From: Camelus dromedarius | Taxonomy: Eukaryota | Assembly (NCBI RefSeq): GCF_036321535.1 | Contig: NC_087457.1 | Span: forward strand, 19,840,001-19,904,000 | Direction of reading: 5' to 3' | Length of the DNA: 64,000 nucleotides | Part shown: positions 60,606-64,000 of the stretch, piece after piece | How the letters are laid out: each line of letters starts with the position of its first letter | Position numbering within the stretch: position 1 is the stretch's first letter | Position numbers and translations under genes: made by a program | Notes under the pieces: model-generated | Seen by the model: the letters and a program-made list of their open reading frames with translations, nothing else | Told to the model about the DNA's origin: nothing | Databases searched by the model: none

Positions 60606-62038
60606 CTGTTAGACCTGGTCAGGGAGGCCCCAACCCCAGAATCCCTCCTTTCTGGGATGTCAGGGGGCTCCTCGGGTTCATTCAGTGAGTTGCCTGTGCT
60701 GTCCAGGTCACTGGGGGTGGCTCGGTCATTGTCCACATCCAGGTGTATCTGCTTGGGAGAGGATGGGCACGGAGAGACCGAGTCCAGGGCTGAGTCAGAG
60801 TCTCCCTCGTCTGAAAACTTCTCTGACCACTGGTTGACTATCCTCTGCATCCCCTTCACATGGTAGAGGATGTCATCCAGCTCAGGGAAGATGTCCTCGT
60901 TCTCCAGGTCAGCCAGGTCACCGGAACTGGAATAGAGGATGGAGCCCGGCACGTTGTCATAGATACTAAGGCGGCTGGTCACGGAGCTGGAGGAATTGCG
61001 TCTTTTAAGTTCCTTGGGGCTGTCGCTGCTGTTTTCCCTCCTCAGGCTGATGTGGCCGGGGCCATGGAAGCTTCCAGTCCTCCAGTTCACAGAGCTGTTA
61101 CTCCCTGAGGGAGAGAAATTGCCATTGGAGAGGGCTTTGGGGAAAGTGCCAGGCTTGTGATCTTCGGGGATGTAGAACACTGTGTCCTCTGGGTAGCTCT
61201 CACGGTTTTTAAAGTTCTGTTCCATAACGTTGTTGAACGTGGACTGGTTGAAGGGATCGAAGCCCTCTAAGTACATGCCTCCCCGCTTGTTGCAGGCACT
61301 GAGGCTCCGGGTCCTGGTGACGGGACTGGGCGTGCTGACGTTGCTGCTGGTCTCTGACTGGCTGCTGCTGCTGCTGGTCTGCGTGGAGTTGGACACGCTC
61401 CTCTTTCGTACCATGGGGACGTTGATGTGGTTGCCGTTGAGGGCGGAGATCTCCACGCAGTTCAGCTGCTTCAGTTTCTCCTCGTCCACGCCCTCCTGCA
61501 GGATGGGCCCACTGATGATCAGCCCGAGCTTGGAGGGCGCCTTGTGCTTGCTGTGGTGGGAGCCCTTCAGCTTCAAGCTCTCCATGCGTTTCAGCAGACT
61601 GTGCGTCTTGGACTTGGCGTTCTTCTCGTGCCCTTTCATGCTAAAGCTGAAGCTGGACAGTTCCTTGGGGGAGGGCAGGCTGCAGAAAGAGTCATCATTG
61701 CCTACGAAGGTGCCGGAGGAGCAGACGCTGATGACAGAGTTAGTGGAATTGGTCCGGGTCGTCGCTGCGTCCCCACGGTGGGGTGAGTGGGTGGCGAGGC
61801 TGCTGGTGCTGCTGAGGCTGCGGACAGAAGCCACCTCCTGGCGCTCGCTGAGGTCCGTCAGCATGCTTTCATGGCTCGGGGCATTCTTCAGGTGGGAATC
61901 GTCTGGGGACCCAGGGATGGGGTCCTGCTTTGGAGAAAAGACATCGAACTCTTCAAGCCGGGACCACCTCTTGCTGTCCCTCTGGAAAGTCCATTTGGCA
62001 CTTATTGCACAAGGCTCGTCCTCATCCGAATCCTCACT
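60606..62038 (-). CDS. DLC1: DLC1 large Ser-rich linker exon (human exon 9 equivalent)
   Basis: Acceptor tctttgcAG (plus ct 62039-62040), donor AG|gtaag (plus cttac 60601-60605); 1433 nt, phase 0/2. Encodes SEDSDEDEPCAISAKWTFQRDSKRW...SIYDNV (tensin-binding)...LDDILYHV (LD-like motif)...RRDSGVGASLTRSNR. The four SP-K motifs (FSPKQ, PSPKE, DSPKE, SSPKQ) are present. Confidence 0.98.
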
Positions 62039-64000
62039 CTGCAAAGACAGAATGGAGCCATTCATCCCCTGGGACTGGCAGATGGCAGGGGCCAGGAGGC
62101 GGATCCTAACTTGGCATCAGTGTTGACTCCCCCTGCCGACATCTTTATTGTATTATTTTTAATAAATAACTAAGATGTATGTAAAGAATTTAACAGGAGA
62201 AAGCCTGACCAAGTGTTTCAAGCTAAATAGTTATTTGATGGAAATTCTGGGATCCATAGGCTGCTCTTGACTTGCTCACAGAGGAAACTTCTGAGATCTG
62301 TGAAAATTTCAGGCATGTAAAATATTTTGAACTGGAGTTAGCAACAGGTAGGACTCCCTCAGGTCTGCCTCCAATTCTGCTGTCTGTGATAGCATGTGTT
62401 TATATTCCCCTTTGCAGTTAAAAAGGTAGTTTTCAAACTCTTTAAGAAAAGCAGTAATAGAAAGCCCTAACTACCCTAAAAGCTCACAAGATGTCCTCTG
62501 ACAGATTAATGGAGACACGAAGCAAGGTGAGCCATCCCATCTCTTTGGTTGGTACTTCTCAGCCTCTTACCTATTCCCTTTCATCCCCTCCCCCACCGGC
62601 CCCCAGCACAGGAAACAGAGTTAATGCCACAAGTGTCTTGGACTCAGGGAGACTGTGACACAGACTATGGCAGCTGAGCCTTTCAGATGGGACATTAGAA
62701 GGTATAGCTCAGGGTGATGCAAGTCGTCCCCAACGATGCAGAGAATCTCATGTGACCTGAGTTTCACGGGACAGTGAGTGGAGGGCATGAAACGCTGACC
62801 TGCAGGATTCTCTCCACAGCTCAGTGGGTGTTGAGGTTCCAGTTCATTCATTTAAAAGGTTAAAACTCCCCCAAGAAGGCAACTAGTTCCAGGTTAGGGT
62901 AATTATAAAGTTGATACCCTGGACAGCCAGAAATACGTTCTTTGACCAAACTGACTCCTGTTTACTCTAATTTGTGACACTCACTCCCACTCCTACACCC
63001 ACCTCATCTCCTAAGAGCTCACAGGAGGTCCTTGCATTTCATACACAGAAGAAAATACCATCTGGTTCACTTATGTGCCTCCACTTCACGAGAATGTGTG
63101 GGATTTCCCGCCCTCCCCCCTTCATCCTCTAATTCCGTTTCTCCCTCCAAATCTCTACGGTTCTCCCACTTTCCCCACCCCCGCCCCCACCAGCCTGCAC
63201 TGCCATCTCTAGAGCTTTGAAACACAGTTTCAGTTATATATAAGAAGGCAGGGTTCTTCGGCTTTAATTTCTGTAGGGAGGCAATGCAAAACCCACTGGA
63301 ATTCCTAAAGCCTCATCCCTTTCATACATCATAGGCACTGAGTTAAAGAGGCATAATCACAGGCGATCTGTTCAGATCAAAAACAGCAAGAAAGACACAT
63401 TTTACTGGCGGGCTGCAGCTCTTGGGTTCAACTACGTAAAGCTACAGAGTCTTTAGTAAATCTGACTGGATTGTAACATTTAAAATCTAGACCTTTTTGG
63501 AATAAGGGAAAGTCTGAGAAACAAAACCTATTACAAAACACAGAATCTGGATTTTGATCCTCCCCCTCTCCTCCCATCCTATTATATGTTTTATATACTC
63601 ACTCTCTTCCGATGAGGACTTATTTCCAGCTTCATCACTGCACATTTGTTTAAAGTATTTAGACGCCTACAGAGCAAAGAAGTAACATTAGCAAAGACAA
63701 AAACCACTGATGGATGGATAAATATTTTTTCCAAACAGTTGACATGTTTAATTGAGTTTCTTTGACTCCATTAATATCTGTAATTTCGAAGAATATGCGG
63801 AACTTCTTTAAAAAGGTGAATAGCTTAAAAACACTTTATTTTGCAAGTTTTTTCACTTAAATTTAATATTACCATTTTCTAGTAAAATGGCACACTGCTG
63901 TGGTTCTGTCAAGTGTCTCTCATTCTTCACAGAACAAACAATTCTCAGTGAAGAAATTTCTTCTCCCAAGAGTCCTGGGTTGGGCCATCAGGTAGTTCCA

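Noticed and set aside
61230-62126. 298-aa + strand ORF
   Set aside because: It is the antisense shadow of the Ser-rich DLC1 exon; low-complexity Leu/Ser translation with no recognisable domain.
1-64000. CRISPR arrays, tRNA/rRNA genes, processed pseudogenes, intact transposase or reverse transcriptase ORFs
   Set aside because: None seen. The 34-bp and 36-bp repeats have no spacers, and all mobile elements are non-coding or degenerate.

Overview
Mammalian genomic DNA, about 1.5% N, with two convergent protein-coding genes. On the + strand are the last two coding exons of TRMT9B (KIAA1456/C8orf79, tRNA methyltransferase 9B): 4014-4187 and 9442-10457. Its first coding exon lies upstream of the window. 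On the - strand are ten consecutive 3' exons of the RhoGAP/START tumour suppressor DLC1 (62038 down to the stop at 49478) plus its 3' UTR. All DLC1 exons have GT-AG sites and matching phases. The L1 3' UTR type and the absence of recognisable CHR, Bov-tA or PRE-1 SINEs suggest a cetartiodactyl, possibly a camelid; this is inference. The ~35 kb between the genes holds old DNA transposons (Charlie1a, MER3, MER58), LTRs, L1/L2/MIR fragments, four alternating CTCF-like motifs and an orphan CpG island (~32.4-32.7 kb). The most notable unexplained signal is a candidate + strand spliced transcript. It would start at the orphan island, use three well-formed internal exons (36969-37023, 38229-38322, 38899-39015; a 46-aa spliced ORF) and run toward DLC1's 3' end, where a palindromic two-way poly(A) hexamer lies (46923-46936). 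Other oddities: a regenerated 5' splice site at the DLC1 exon 15/16 junction, an 86-nt AG-exclusion zone before a RhoGAP exon, a Gln-to-Pro change in the RhoGAP domain, and an apparent +1 frameshift at the TRMT9B C-terminus. Human comparisons, exon numbers and repeat names are from memory and were not database-checked.
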